A DNA stretch of 64,000 nt from Orbicella franksi (taxonomy: Eukaryota). Shown piece after piece: positions 46,512 through 60,358 of the stretch (position 1 is its first letter; each line of letters begins with the position of its first letter). A model generated the notes under the pieces. That model had not been told where the DNA came from. It did no database searches and was given only the letters and a program-made list of their open reading frames with translations. The translations under genes and the position numbers were made by a program. The stretch covers positions 2,542,001-2,606,000 of the forward strand of contig OZ116708.1 in assembly GCA_964199315.1 (NCBI GenBank), read 5' to 3'.

Positions 46512-49500
46512 CTATCTAAATGATGGTTGCTGTGTTATTGTCTTGTTTAACACATAATCTGTAACTTTCTCCAGGAGTTCTATGGTGGGGCTTGTGAGAG
46601 GAAACTCTGATGACAGTTTCTTTTTCACAATTGGCTTTCTAATGTAATATCTGCAATATTTTAAATAACAATGAGAAAAAGTAGTGGTATAATTACGTTG
46701 AGAGTGGAGGTGCGGTGGCCTCACATGGTTAGTGCACTCAATGCCAAATTGAGCAATTCCAGTTCAAGCCCTGGCCGGCGATATTGTGTTGTGTTAGCCT
46801 GCAGTACAGGTGGATTAGCGGGCTCTAGCACGATACACGAGCGCACACCAAGCGCGAGAACGAGCACGAAGCACGAGGCAAGATTTTTCTTGCATTGCGC
46901 TTTGTGCTCATTCTCACGCTTCACACGCGCTTGTGTATCGCACTAGAGCCCGCTAAGCCACCTGTACTGCAGGCTAGTGTTGTGTTTGTGGACAAGACAC
47001 TTTACTCTCACAATGCCTCTCTCCACTCAGTTGTGAAATGGGTACGCTGGCAAATTTAATGCTGGGGGTAATGCTGTGATGTACTAACACTGACAGTACC
47101 TGAATTCTTCAGCATATCCAACTCGGATCTGATTAGCTACCACTGTGCCATACTCCAGGAAATTCTTGAGCACGTAGAGCTGGCGGTAAAGAAGAACAGC
47201 ATCGGCTGGAGAGAGATATTTACCAGAAGAGGACACTAAAGAAGTCAACCGCTCCATGACTCGCTCCACGAAAGCTTTCTGGAAATGAAAAGAGAAGAAA
47301 ATAAAAATTTGACTATTGTAGATACAGTTTTTCTTGCCAATTCCAGGAAATAATTTTTCTCCTTTTGTTTTACATGTAGTCTGTTCACAGACATTCTGTT
47401 TTCTATAATATTGTCACAGGTGCTAACAAAATGTAAACCATGGGGATCAAACAAGCATGAATTCAAGGGAATGCAGGGTGACAAAGAAAAAAAACATTAT
47501 TAATATATTTTGCCCAACTTCCACTTGTTTCTATAATTAGTAGATACAGAAACATGGAAAAGGCTTAGAGTTCGAACTTAAGAAAAACCTCAGTGTTTTG
47601 CAATATTATTACGAACTCACTGTTTGTTCTTGAGATTCCACGATCTTCATCAGCCAAAAAATGTTTAGAACATTATCCTCCACTGAGAAGCAATTGGCCT
47701 AAAATTGAAAGTTGAACATCAGTCAGCTGTTAAGTTAGTATCAATGGTATCTTGCATGTACATAAACAACAGCCCCCATTTGGTATGAACATATGTCTGG
47801 ATATTTGTCTGCAAACATTATCTGTTCTGAGAAGAGAACAGTTTTCCCAGAGCAAAGCTTGAGGAAAATGGTGAGCTTCGAGGAACAGATAATGTCCAAC
47901 ATCAAATCAATATCTGACATATTTTCATTCCAATGGAGGCTATTGCGTTCATTATCCTTCAAATATTTATTGCAACACAAAAATTGGGGAATATCACTCA
48001 TATATTCCCCCGTTATGCTGGGGCATATTCAGTCATGTGGTGTGTTTAGACCAATTATTGGGTGCAATCGAAAATATCTGATGAATTATAAGTTTTAATA
48101 CATTATATGATTGACTATCTCTGCAAGTCGGCAACACAAGTAAAATCCTGCAATGTGATTGTCTACCTGAGTTCTCAAGTTCTCAAGCTTTTGTCAAGCA
48201 GGGATTGATACGCAAATGTGGCAATCACCTTGCTAGTTCAAAATGATTTTTGTACTTTCTTGTATACTCATTCACTCAACTAACCCTGAGAAAAGTGAAG
48301 GATTTTAAATTGGACTTACTAAGAACTTGTGGTGTAACAATTAATCGAATTCTCGATTAATTGCGATTATGACCGTTCGCTTCGATTCACAATTCTTTGA
48401 TTCCATGTTTCGATTTTGGTTCGATTTTTTGCATACCTTTCCCAGAGTACTGCCCTCAGTGAGTTATATTGTGAAATCAGAATCCAGAAGTCTTTAAAAT
48501 GTGCATTTTTGATTGATGAGTAAAGACGTTTGCAGTTCATGCACCATTTTGTGTTGCATGGTAAAAATGTTGCCCTTCTACCGCCCCTTGAGAATTTCCA
48601 AACAAGGCAAACCATGTGCGACATGCTGATTGTATCCTAAAATTGAGGGTTTAGGGCTGTATGTTGTTTACATTGTGTATCATGTTGTAAGAATTAAAAA
48701 ACATTTAATATATTGCATAATCGAATTGAAATAATAGAAATCGAAAGGTAATAATCAAAATTGAATCGAATCACAAGGAATATGAATCGTTACACCCCTA
48801 CTACAGTAAGAGCTCAAACTCTAACAGTACATTGTTACACCTTATCTTTCCTTCCCCTTGAATTAAAAATTATACATTCAACTTTTACCCAGATCTTACC
48901 TGATGGACAACACAAATCAGTTCAAACAAAAGGGATGTAGCACTGTCCAAAATTTCTTTCAATAATTTATCAGTCTGCAAATAAACAGGAAACAATAGAA
49001 TGGTGTGAACTCTGGACACCACAGTGCAGTGATAAAGAACCCTCCAAAAAGGTCATGATGAAAGAGTTGTAGCCTGCATTAGTCATTTCATCGTCAGTAA
49101 AGAAATTCATGGGCAGAGTTGTTATTAACTAGAATGATATAGGTTTAGGGCTGTGCTTTAGAAGTGCCGGGGGCCATAGGCGACTAACTTTTGCCTTTGG
49201 GCAACTGGAAAAACTTACTTTTTTCATACAAGCTAAGTGCTGGGCACTCAGGATTTCATGTTACGAACCTTTGGGCTCCTCGTAATTTTTGTTAGGCCAC
49301 AGTCTCAACGTTGATAAAAAATGGCCAACACGACAGAGGCAGGATAAAAAATCCAAGTGGTGGTGATGTGGAAAAAATATATATGCAATTGGGTAGATTA
49401 AACAGTCAGATTGCATGGATGTCAGTTCACTGAGCTGCACATGGAGCCGAAAAGTAATGATTACCTCTTCATCCCCACCACCAACAATGAACATGCCTCT

Positions 49501-52500
49501 GTCAGCCCCTGACAACAAGAGCTGTGCTGCAGGGGAGATAGTGGCTGCAGCAGCTTTCTGTGCTGTGGTTAAGGGATGAATCACTATGGTCCTCAGAAGG
49601 TCCTTGATTGCCTGCCCCCTGAGAATGAAATAAATATAATTTAATATATTAGCCAGGCGTGAGGTCAACAAGGCTGAATATTGCCAAAGATGCTTTAATT
49701 CTTTTGCCTGTTTATGGATATAGACATGTACCAGACACAGACACTGGGTCCACAATCAAGCAAAGAAAATGGCATAAAGGGCACATATCTTGGGAGACAA
49801 AGCAGGCAATCCCAATTCAGCAAGAATTAACCTTTGATACATGTAGCAAGATAGGGATTCCACAAGATAGCACTCAATTAATTAAAAGACAGGGATTCGG
49901 CAAGATAGTGCAATCTTGCCAGCTTGGGTAGCCAATGACAGATTGAAATGTGCTAACCTTTCTCTTCACTAAATTTTGAACAGACAACATACATGTAACT
50001 CCTCAAAGCCAAACAGAGAAACTACACACTCAGACCTCGATCTGTGCAGCTACATGCGTGTCATCAAAAAAACTCTAGAATTCCTCCTTTTGAAACTCAG
50101 ATGGATGTGAGTGGTTGCGGAAGGAGGGGGAAGATATCCATTTAGTTTGGTTAGGATGCTGGAGAAATAACTTTGTAAACATTGATCTGTAGACAGCATT
50201 TCTTTCAAATTAAACACTTTTGCTCAGAGATGCTGCATGCAATAAATGACAGTAACCTTCAACGTCATCTACAATAAACTACTGTATATTACTTAATGAC
50301 ATTGTAGGTAACAGGGCTGTCAATAAGGGCCATAACTGGTAGCCCCTGTTACAAATGAGCATGCTTTATGAGCCCTTGTTGTCAAGGGTGAACTTGGCTG
50401 TAGTTGATCTACAATTCATCGTTAAAGTAACAAACATTATTTGTTACGGGTGTGAAGATCAAGGCTACAGGCGAATCAAAACTCAATGACAGCGCTGGGT
50501 AAGGTAAACTGCAGACTGTTCAATAAATACAGATAGCTTCATTGCTTGCCGTATCCCTTTGTGCATATTACAGGTAATAATGTGCAAGTACAGGCTGGTG
50601 TGCTTTGTCAGTCAGCTTAGAATAAACTACCCTCGAAGAATATACAAAGACTTACTTGTTTGCTTTGATGACCGTCAATCGTGTAGATAAAATGTCAGTC
50701 TCACGAAACAGGCATACAAATGTCTGTAATAGTACGACAACATAGCTGTAAAGAAAATATAATTACAACTTAAAAAAATATTACATCAAAAAAAGAATGG
50801 TTAACTAACTAAAGATACCAAGATGTTGTGAGATAGATGAATATGTTTGTAGAATGAAGGGTGGTAAGTCCATTTATTATAAATTTATTATATAGACAGG
50901 AGTGTTTTACTGGAAAATACACCACTCGAAAAATTCATATGAAACCACATCCAGAACTCGAGTGGCGCATTTTCCATATCCTCACTGGTAAAGACAGCCA
51001 TGATTTCACTGATATCAAGTTTGTCTCTTAAATTGTACTTAAATTCGTTGGTATATGATCGAAACAAAGGGTTTTCAATAAGTTTTGAAATAGCTGTCTG
51101 AGCTAACTAAAGTAGGCGACAAACTGATGAATTTTTTTAATAATTCGAGTGAAAATACAGACAAAGTAGGCGGTGGTAAGAGATGAATTCTGACAAAGTA
51201 GGCATCAAATTTCGCTGGTTGCCGGCTTCTAATGAAACCCCTGGAAACATTTTGAGGTCTTCCTTAAAGTCTTCAGCAATGTTTGGAAATCTTCAGAAAT
51301 TTTCGGAAATGTTCGGTAACGTTCGTGTGACCTTCAGACAAGTTTTGGAGAATCTTCAAAAATTTTTGGAAAGTGGTCGGAAATCTTTGGAAAATCGTCA
51401 AATGCCACTCGAACATAAAATTCACATCTTCTCATGACAACATGCTGCAATAGGGGTAAATGTAGTTATAGTCCTTGAGCCTTCATGATTTTAAATAATT
51501 ATTATCTAATAATCAATACCAACACTTACTCTAGTTCATCTTCTCTGTTGCTTCCTTTCTTTCGAGATGAACGGTTGGATGACTGAGGCATATATCGCTG
51601 AAGTTGACCAACCATGAACAGGAAGAGATCTGGGGACTAATTAACACCAAACAATAACATTTCTTCACTTGTAAAAGAGCAACTAAAAATACAATTGAAC
51701 AATATTTTTTAGAAGTAATTTACAAAACAATTACACTGTCTATATACCTTAATTATATACATAAATTATAGCAATTATTGTTATAATTTATGTGCTATAA
51801 CATTCTTTTCTCATATGAAGGCTTAATTTGGAGAATTTGCCCAAATGCCTTCACTTTTGTCTAGCAAGTTAAATTTAAAATGGAGCATAACTATCGTTCT
51901 TTCTTTTGCTATGGCAAAACGGACCATGAAGCATTTGCATCTGTTCATTGTTGTCGTTTTCTTTTTACCTTCCAGAAATATTTCTTTAGATTAAAGCTCT
52001 TTTCTGCTGCTGTAAAAAGTTCCTGAATTAAAACAAAGCTCTTTTCCATGATGTGAGATTGTAAGATTTCTTGCTTCAACTGGTTAAACAAGTGCAATAA
52101 CTGTGAGCTGAAAAGAAGCAAAAAAAACATTGGTCAACCTGATAGTGCTGAAAGTAGGGTTAAGTTCAGAATGATTTAATTTCTGTGGCTAGTTGAAGCT
52201 GATGTCTGTCAATCACCTACTGTACATGTAGGCTCTTGGCAGAAATCTGTTACATGTCCTTGTCATGACATGAAACAGATTTCTGTAAAAACTTTATCTA
52301 CAACTGCACACCTTTATGTAAAACTTTAATACATACTGCCTACTTGGAAAATTTCTTCGTTCTTTTTGAGATGAACAGTTACTTTTTTTTCATATGGACA
52401 CAAGGACTGAAAGATTCTTAGACAGAAGTTCTGATACTCCCAAAGATTGCTACATGCAAACTCATCTAGTCTGAAGTGATTCTTGATCACAACTTCAGAC

Positions 52501-55500
52501 TTCAATTGCCCTTTATACTGTGTGTACATGTACAAACAATCAGAGATTTCCTCATGAAATTATGGCTTCAGCTGATACAAAGTAAAACAGCCGTTGTGCA
52601 TTAAATATTTACAGATTGCTCTCAACACCACACGGCTTGAGAAATTTTCACAGATGTTTGGGAACATAAACATGTGATCACTTTACTTTACTTAACCCTA
52701 ATGACCAGGTGAAACAGGGGGAGAAAGGGATGGAAAACAAGGATAGAAGGAAGGGGAAGAGAGGAGGAATCATTTCCCCTAACCCTCCTATATTTAAGCC
52801 TGCAACGCAGGCTGGTTTTTTTCCCTCTAACTGTATGACTTACTTGTCGACTTTGTTAGAACCTGTGGGTGAAGTAGGTGATGAGCTTCTTTTTCCAAAA
52901 TGAAGAGTAGATTTCTGCAAGATAAACATTGATCAATATAAAGATGGACAAATTTAAGGATTACTTGTTTATGTAGTCAGATTTCTTGCAAGCAACAACA
53001 TTGTGGAATTGCAGCTGTTTGTTTACTTGAAAACAAAGATTGATTAAGTCTGAACAAAAATAATAAAAATGGTTTGCTTTAAGACATCTCCCACTGGAAG
53101 ATACTAACAGTGCGTTTCTTTGGAAAAATATAAAACATCCTTGCCCAGAGTGGATTCTTCGGTTCCTTTGATGCATCTTGGATTCATCTGTTTAGTAAAC
53201 AAATGCGAAATCCATTTGCGAATTTAACAATCCAATCTTGGATTTTCCCAAAGAAACAGACCCGAAGTCAGGGTTTCAACCTTAATGTATTTTTCCCTTT
53301 GTGCACAGCAAACAAATTTAAAAATAACTAACTAAATAAATAATTTAATTAATTTATTAATTAATAAAAATGCAAAAAAATAAATAAGTAGTTATTGACT
53401 GTAGTACATTCTTAACCTCTCTCAATTGGACACTTTGGCTGATCGCAAGGGTGCTTACTTATGAAAGGTTTTACTGCACATTATACAGAAAATGAGAAAC
53501 TTACCAAAATGCAGTTATTCCAAGTGCTTCTAAGATAAATAAACATTGGTGAATTTTCAGTGAGGATGTATAAATTAAGTTCTGTTAATTCAAATCTTTT
53601 GGTCACAGAGTCATTCATTTCTTCATCAGAATAATTGTCCAACTCTCCAAGACTCTCCATTGACCCGTTACTGTCACTTCGGTAATGATCTCTGCGAGGT
53701 GATGATGCCCTATACGGACCAGAAAAATCAGCAGATCTTTGCCTCTGAAAACTATTTGAAAACTCCAGTTCACTACTACTGGAGCTCCAGTTCAAGTCAC
53801 ATTGCTCATTGTTACTGTTCTGCCTCTTTGGCCGTGGAGATGATGGCTTCTTTCTTCGACGTGCCTGGTCAAGGCTTGCAGCCCTAAGTCTTGTTTTTGA
53901 ATTAGACTGAGTAACTGGAGATTCATGCCCAGGTGGTGGAGGTGGAAGAGGGCGTCTGCTGACTGGAGAACTAAGGTTTGCTTTCATGTCACCCGTCGAT
54001 CCTGAATACAATTGTCTATGGTCATCCTTAAGATTTCGAAGATCGGGATCTGATGCACTTAAGTGAAGCCTGTTCGTTTGCACCGCTAGATATCGTGTTG
54101 TAGCAGGCTGAGTCTCAACCCTAGCCATTGATGCTTTAGGATGAAGAACTGGTGATTTGCCACCACCTCGTTCAATGGCCTCAAGACTTACAACTGGAGA
54201 TGTACTGAGGATGGATGCCTGTAGAGCTAACCTTGTGGATGAGCTGTTTTCACTCCTGGGAATGGTCACGGATTGGCTTGATGATGTTTGTTTACTTATC
54301 TTCTTATAAACAAGCAGAATATGTTGGTTCTTTGTCTTTAAATCTCCACCGAGAAAATCAGCAACATCATGAATCTGAAAAAAAAAAATTGCACGTGATT
54401 ACAAACAACTCCAAATGCTTTGAATATCATTACCGAGTGACCAACAGACTTGATTTACATGTATATCTCCCAGGCTCTAATTGTTTGTTTACTGATACAT
54501 GTACCAAGGTCATGCACATTGTGCAACTACAATTTTTCAACAGAGATATATGTTACTTGCCAGCTGGGAGGTCTGTATAGTGAAAACCTGTGGCCAAGGT
54601 CTTCAAAGAGCTGCTCCAGGCTGCAGGCTGAGGGCAGCATTTTCAAGTCCAAGGTCACAGTTTTTCTGTATACAGACCCACCCTACGCCAGTTATTTATT
54701 TTTTCCTTAATCTCAATTGTCACTTTTATAATATTTTGTTGCCCTTTTCCACAGACACGTTGCACGCACATTACTGTGACTGATAGATAGGAAAATCCGG
54801 ACCGCACTACTTAGAACCAATCATATTGCAGGATTCGTTACCGTGTACTCTTAGAAAAAAATAAAATCTGATATTTTGCAGTCACTATGTATACTCTAAA
54901 AAAAACATAACACACTATGGCCATGCATTATTCTGCATGGGGTATTACACCAAACACAACTTCTCCTGCCAACACACATCGATACCCAAAACTGACTTGA
55001 TTGTAAATAGTGATTTTAATTTTGTTTCTTTTTCGGAACAAAGATACTTCAGTTTGACAGATGTGATGATATAATAAAAATCCACGAGGTGTTTCATATT
55101 TTAAGTTTTTGCTTTTAAGTGCAAAGCATCTAAAGACGTCATGCGGTATCTATTTTGTTCATTTCCCACGTGACCTAAATGAAAAACAAGCCATTATTTT
55201 TGATTAATGAATTCTTAAGACCAGTTTCTTTTGAAATATTGATGATCAAACATTAAAGCCAATATTTCGTAATGGAAATAAGTTAGCAAGACTGAACAAA
55301 AAAGTAACTGTGTGAAAAAGCAGATGATAGACTCCAAGAGTTTTGTTTAAATTTTTGTTCCTTTCAAAGCTTGACAGTTAATTTATAACAGAATATTCTC
55401 GTAAGTTGCATAAAAGCCGATCACCGTTAATTCCATTATGTTCATAAAATGACCGCCCCGTTTTTCATGCAGTGCTCTCATTTACGCGTAGAAAATTTTT

Positions 55501-55938
55501 GCGTTGCAAATTCTTTTCAACAGCGAACAATTGAAAACACGGGCATACTAAACTGGGGATTTCGGAACAAAATTTAATGAAACATAATCTCGAAGAACTC
55601 TCAAACATTATTCACAGAAGCCAAAATAAGCGAGCGGTGACAGATTAACCGAACAACAGCTAAAGTTAGTTTAAACTTACCAACTCGATCGATGCAACGC
55701 AAGCCAAATCCACTTTCAACCTGATATCTTTGGAAGTTCGAGGCGGATTCTCCGTGATATAAAGCAATTCGTCGCCCAGCACCGCAAATTGAAAACTCTT
55801 TTTAAAACCATCTGCAACAACTACACAAGGTTCGATCACACGCACTCCTTCGTAGCGATCTTGAGGCAGTACACGCTTCAAAAAGCTGTAAACCTTTTGA
55901 TGCTTTTGAACTCCTTCCTCTAGACTGGAGCCTGCCAT
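46512..55938 (-). CDS. C12orf56: C12orf56/DUF4551-family protein, 719 aa, 11 exons
   Basis: Exons 55938-55681, 54374-53505, 52914-52844, 52107-51969, 51636-51530, 50745-50656, 49618-49465, 48974-48900, 47698-47621, 47278-47100, 46650-46512, all phase-consistent. EPCVVV..LYITENPP, LRSTWNN, LKKYFWK, LFRET, LSPADAVLLYRQLYVLK and YAEEFRYYI match the human C12orf56 motifs as recalled. Confidence 0.92.
46705..47090 (+). mobile_element. tRNA-derived SINE interrupted by a MITE (last intron of C12orf56)
   Basis: ggtggcctcacatggttagtgcactc...ccagttcaagccctggccgg head; body gacaagacactttactctcacaatgcctctctccac...aatttaatgctgggggtaa. Confidence 0.85.
46795..46976. mobile_element. 182-bp MITE with about 50-bp TIRs and a 9-bp TSD
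   Basis: TIR tagcctgcagtacaggtggattagcgggctctag...; TSD gtgttgtgt at 46786-46794 and 46977-46985. Confidence 0.9.
47750..48092. mobile_element. Interspersed repeat (common coral family)
   Basis: ggatatttgtctgcaaacattatctgttc...gaggaacagataatgtcc internal inverted motif; recognised, not classified. Confidence 0.5.
48327..48800. mobile_element. hAT-like MITE (TAGGGGTGTAAC-type termini)
   Basis: ttgtggtgtaacaatt ... aatcgttacaccccta; many AATCG/CGATT subterminal motifs. Confidence 0.6.
50885..51437. mobile_element. Interspersed repeat in a C12orf56 intron
   Basis: ccactcg/cgagtgg and ttcggaaat/atcttc repeated motifs; recognised coral family, unclassified. Confidence 0.45.
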
Positions 55939-56769
55939 TGTACACACTCAAAAAACGTCAAAATCAGCGGAGAAGTAAGACAGGCATAACAACTTGCCTC
56001 CAGCCATAACTTCTCGTCACGCGCGCGCTGTTTCTGTTATGTTTTCCGCCGGTCCAGCCTGCCGCCGGTCCCAATGGAGTGCACGTCATTGTCAGCCGAC
56101 CAATGGGAAACGGCGATCAATGGATTGAAAAAGCGCGAGGCCGTCGCTCGCGCTAAAGCTTCGTGGCAAAAATCACGAGCATCTTGGTTTCAAGGATACA
56201 GGAAAGAAGAAATATTTCTCCGCCAAGCACAGCTTGTGCTCTAACAAACTTGAAACATAATCTTTGATCTAACCTAAAATAATTAATCAAATTCATCTTT
56301 TACTTCTTTAACAGCACGTGTGGAGCCGGACACCTGCCGGATCGCCTGTATGTATAGAACACGATATAGAGAGGTACAAATAATAATAACAAGCGGGCCA
56401 AAGAATTGCGAAACGGGTGGCAATGCTTTCTCAAGAAAGCATTCAGTCGGCCTCCGTGGGCATATGGTTGTCGGGCCTCGCTCAGCTGTCGATTATTACG
56501 GGACATTGCGTGACGAAAACAACCGGAAATTTTCCGGGAGATTTCCGGGAAAAACACCTGAAGTTTGCACACTAATGGATCATTAAGTCCCATTTTGACA
56601 AAAGGATTCGTCTTCCCGTTATTTTTACTTATGTGGGGGGAGGGGGTGGAAAAAATAGTAAATGGTAAGAACCAATTTTTTTGCATGAATTGGCCCGATT
56701 GAAACGGATTTATTATAGACACGCTTGTATCAAAACCCTCTTTTATGTCGACAGTTGATGAAATCATTC

Positions 56770-57404
56770 ATAATTATATTGACATTCGAAACCAACCGCA
56801 TGACAAAACAATCCAAAACAATCATATACCAAAAACTGAAAATAATTTACAAAAAATTAAATATCACATCTCAAACAATTTAAAGACACCACCTGGAGTT
56901 AATTCACACCAATAAAAAGTAAAGTTTCTACTCTATATTTAAAACGGATGTAAGCAAATCTGATTATTTAGAACAAGTAAAGAACTTAAAGCATAGACAA
57001 GCTGTAACTAAACTACGATCAGGCAACCACACACTTAGAATCGAAACTGGACGATACTGTATCCCTAAATTACCCGAATGTCTTAGCATTTGTCAATAGC
57101 TGGTTTTCACATGACGTCACTAAAATTCAAACTACAAAACTATTGATCTTCCTGACATTTTACTTAAATGATGTATAAGAGCAGCTAAAAACTAATATTC
57201 ATACAAATTTTCGCTCCGAATGGGTTCTTGGTTTTGTGATAAACTACGCTTCAATTTCTACGCTTTTGCGTGACGCGGGATTTACATGACGGCCTAGAGA
57301 GCTGTCATGATGGTTAAAAAAGTGACTTATTTCGGGGAACTTGGCTATCTGAAAAGTTCATCTCTTAGAAAAAGTATTATTTTAACGTTTTAGAGTTCCT
57401 CGAG

Positions 57405-57450
<46 letters not shown>

Positions 57451-57496
57451 GTTCGTTTTCGGCCGCCATGTTGGTGCCCTTATGGATGGGCACCAG

Positions 57497-57530
<34 letters not shown>

Positions 57531-58037
57531 GTACAAAATTTCTCCGCATATCTCGCATAAGAAAAATTGCTGTGACCAGGATTTTGGCGAGAGTATTTGC
57601 ATATTTACCTTCTTTCATTTCCCAGATTCTGGACTTTATCTATTGACCGGTTTTGATTTTTATTTTGATCTATTTTGAATTGCGTGACACTGAAAACCAG
57701 CAATACTGCCGCTCTAACCAACTTGACGACGAAAACCATTTCTTATTTCATTGTGATCGTTATAAAACTATTGGGCAACAAATAACAAGTGACATTGTAC
57801 TAAAATACCCATCAGTCGATCTTTTGAACAATACCGATAAAACTCTATTCCTATTTAATAATGTTGATTCGTTTATTTTTAAGAAACTAGGTTATTTTGT
57901 ATATAAAGCATTGCATATAAGAGAAAGTTGTAATCCTATTTAATTTAATGTGATTAGTGGTATTGTTATCTTTAATTTCTTTCTTTTTATATATTTTATA
58001 TATTGTTATTTAAGGTAATACCACCATATATAAGGGG
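56770..58037 (+). mobile_element. 5'-truncated non-LTR retrotransposon (CR1/L2-like ORF2 C-terminus) split by a DNA transposon
   Basis: Left part encodes YLEQVKNLKHRQAVTKLRSGNHTLRIETGRY..ICQ; right part YCRSNQLDDENHFLFHCDRY...*. Ends in aataaa-ttgttg. Confidence 0.8.
57099..57701. mobile_element. 603-bp non-autonomous DNA transposon, 4-bp TSD AATA
   Basis: Perfect TIR gctggttttca / tgaaaaccagc; aata at 57095-57098 and 57702-57705. Confidence 0.88.
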
Positions 58038-58181
58038 ATACCAATAAATTGTTGCTGTCGTATCCAGGGAATCTCTTCTTCCCGCCTGGTAGACCGAGTC
58101 CCTTATAAACCCCAGTTCAGTCATGAATGTACCTGCCTAGTGCTAGTTGGAGCTGTAAACCACGAATTCTGGTGTTACTTT

Positions 58182-58375
58182 AGAATCTTCACAGCCCTCT
58201 ACTTACTCGTATTTTTATTCGATCGTTGAACGCGCAAATAGAATCGCGAGAGAACTGGACGCCAGCGCTTCGCTCGCCTCCCCGCGCCCGCGCCCGCACC
58301 CGCGTACTTCGCACTCGCTTCGTTCGGTTTTTCTTCCGCGTGCGTTGAAAAATACAGAGGCTGCGAACAGTTTAG
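58182..58375. mobile_element. MITE
   Basis: tagaatcttcacagccctct ... agaggctgcgaacagttta imperfect TIRs around a GC-rich core. Confidence 0.6.
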
Positions 58376-59250
58376 TGTTACGTAGAGTGTTCAGGACGAA
58401 ACGCCACTATTTTTAGCCGTCAAGGTATCTTTTGGAAATAATTAAAAACAAATCGCTGTCCGTTTCAAAGTGGTATTCAACTTAATGTTTTTTTTTTGGG
58501 GGGGGGGGGGGTCAATAAAACTCGAGTGTTAAATTGCCCAGATTCCTCTCCTTTAGGGGTTTATTTAAAATTTTCCGACAAACAATCCGTGACCTTTTCA
58601 CATGGGAGCCCCCCGCCCCCACGCCCTCCCCACTGGGGGTGGTGGAAGTAGTGCCTGCAAAAGAATCGAGTGCTACTATAGTGTTTGTCATGATGTTCCT
58701 CGTCCGGCGAACCAACAAGCCAGCAGAAAAAAGAAAAGAAAAGAAAAAAACACAGATGACTTCTTGTTTTTCGCATCAGCAAGAAGATGCTTCGCAAACG
58801 ACGACTTGACAGCCTTCGAAGAACTCGGGAGATCTCCGAAGAGTTCGACAGCTGACGCTAACACTCCGAATCTTTCGAGTCATTTTTTAAATAGATAAAA
58901 GAGTGTGAAACATATCACAAACAATATACAACTAAAAAGCTCAAAATATTATCCAAGCAATCTTTATTTATTTACAAAGCGTTTTTAAGGACTCGTGAAA
59001 CAAGAAGTGAGCGACGGCGTATTTCATTTCTCAATAAGCTCCTTAGTGACGGAAGGCACTAAAATGTTGACGTCTGTCTTAGGTACTTTTTGCCGGCGCA
59101 TCTGAGATCTGTGATATCAAACGATAACACGGGTCAGTACCAGGACATGGAATACTAACTCGTATCTGCATGGACTCTGCCTTCCTACACTGACTCTCTG
59201 ATAATTGTGCTTTGGCAATAGCTGACCTGTCTACCTGTCGTTTCCTAACG

Positions 59251-59354
59251 CAACCTCGATCCCAGGCTCAACGACGAGGGCAAATGAGAGAGAGCCTGGG
59301 ATGGAGATTAACAAACGAGCCTGAGATCGAGGCTCCAGCCTGGGATCGAGGTTG
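59251..59354. mobile_element. Short MITE (CAACCTCG termini)
   Basis: caacctcgatcccaggct ... agcctgggatcgaggttg, an 18-bp perfect TIR. Confidence 0.8.
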
Positions 59355-60176
59355 ACTAACTGTCGTAAGTAAATTATCTGTCGAACTTTTCCCAAACTGT
59401 AAGCTTCAGCATTAGTTGATTTGCAGATTATGAGCCAAAGTCGAGAAATGTTGATAGGAGCATAACGAGTTGGAAATAACGACCCGATTCCACAAGGAAG
59501 ATTACTCGACTGAAATTTCCTCCAATCTTTAATCACCCTTGCTCCATTATAAGCGACAATCATTCTGGAATTTTTCGAACTTTCTAACTAAAAATAAATT
59601 GCATGTGCATGTCGAGTTTCTTTCGGCGTGATACTAACTTGACTCTTGCAAAAGGAGTTTCACGCACATTGTGATCATCACCGCCCCACTACCACGGTAA
59701 ATTAAGTTGCAAAAGAAATTGAACAATTTCACCTTTTTTTTAGTTAACTAAACAGTTAACTAAACAGACAGCTCCCTTCCGTTTGAATTTAAGTTCTTCC
59801 CAGACAAGGAACACGTTTGAGATTCAACTTACCAACTTATACTGACGACATAGCTCCACAGAGCTTCGTGTAGCGTTTTTGATTGGTTGTTACTTGCGCG
59901 CGAAAATTCATCGCTTAGCAACAACCAATCAGAAACCGGCATGGGACTCTGTAGACCAATGTCATTCGGTATGGATATTTTTCGGTTCCAAACTCCTATG
60001 TCGATTCTGAGAGAGATGAATTGAACGCGCGAAGGCACTCGTATTTTTGCACAGGTTAAAGCATTTCTTCTAGTATGTTTATTGCACCCTTCAACCTCGC
60101 TGTCCAACTGACTAACTCTCAACTTCACGCCTAATAGTGGGAATTAATAAACGAAAAAAAGTTTACGACCCATCGA

Positions 60177-60240
60177 CTGCCTGCCCGCCTGCCCGCCTGC
60201 CCGCCTGCCTGCCTGCCTGCCTGCCCGCATGCCTGACTGA
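60177..60240. repeat. (GCCT/GCCC)n simple repeat
   Basis: ctgcctgcccgcctgcccgcctgccc... read directly. Confidence 0.9.
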
Positions 60241-60358
60241 GCAAGTGAATTATTTCTTTCCCAACTAACTGATATAACTCCCTCTAGCTACGCTGTCACT
60301 CGTTGAAAACAAGACTACCAGAATGCCAGAATGAATGTTACTGGAATATTAGACTTAC

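Noticed and set aside
57433-57678. Three overlapping ORFs
   Set aside because: Internal to the 603-bp non-autonomous transposon; no transposase motifs.
58810-58850. Structured RNA at tcgaagaactcgggagatctccgaagagttcga
   Set aside because: Short, bulged, imperfect hairpin with no recognisable motif.
59231-60128. Minus-strand ORFs of 110 and 99 aa
   Set aside because: One runs into a MITE, the other spans a CCAAT-box cluster, and neither resembles a known protein. They cannot be supported without expression data.
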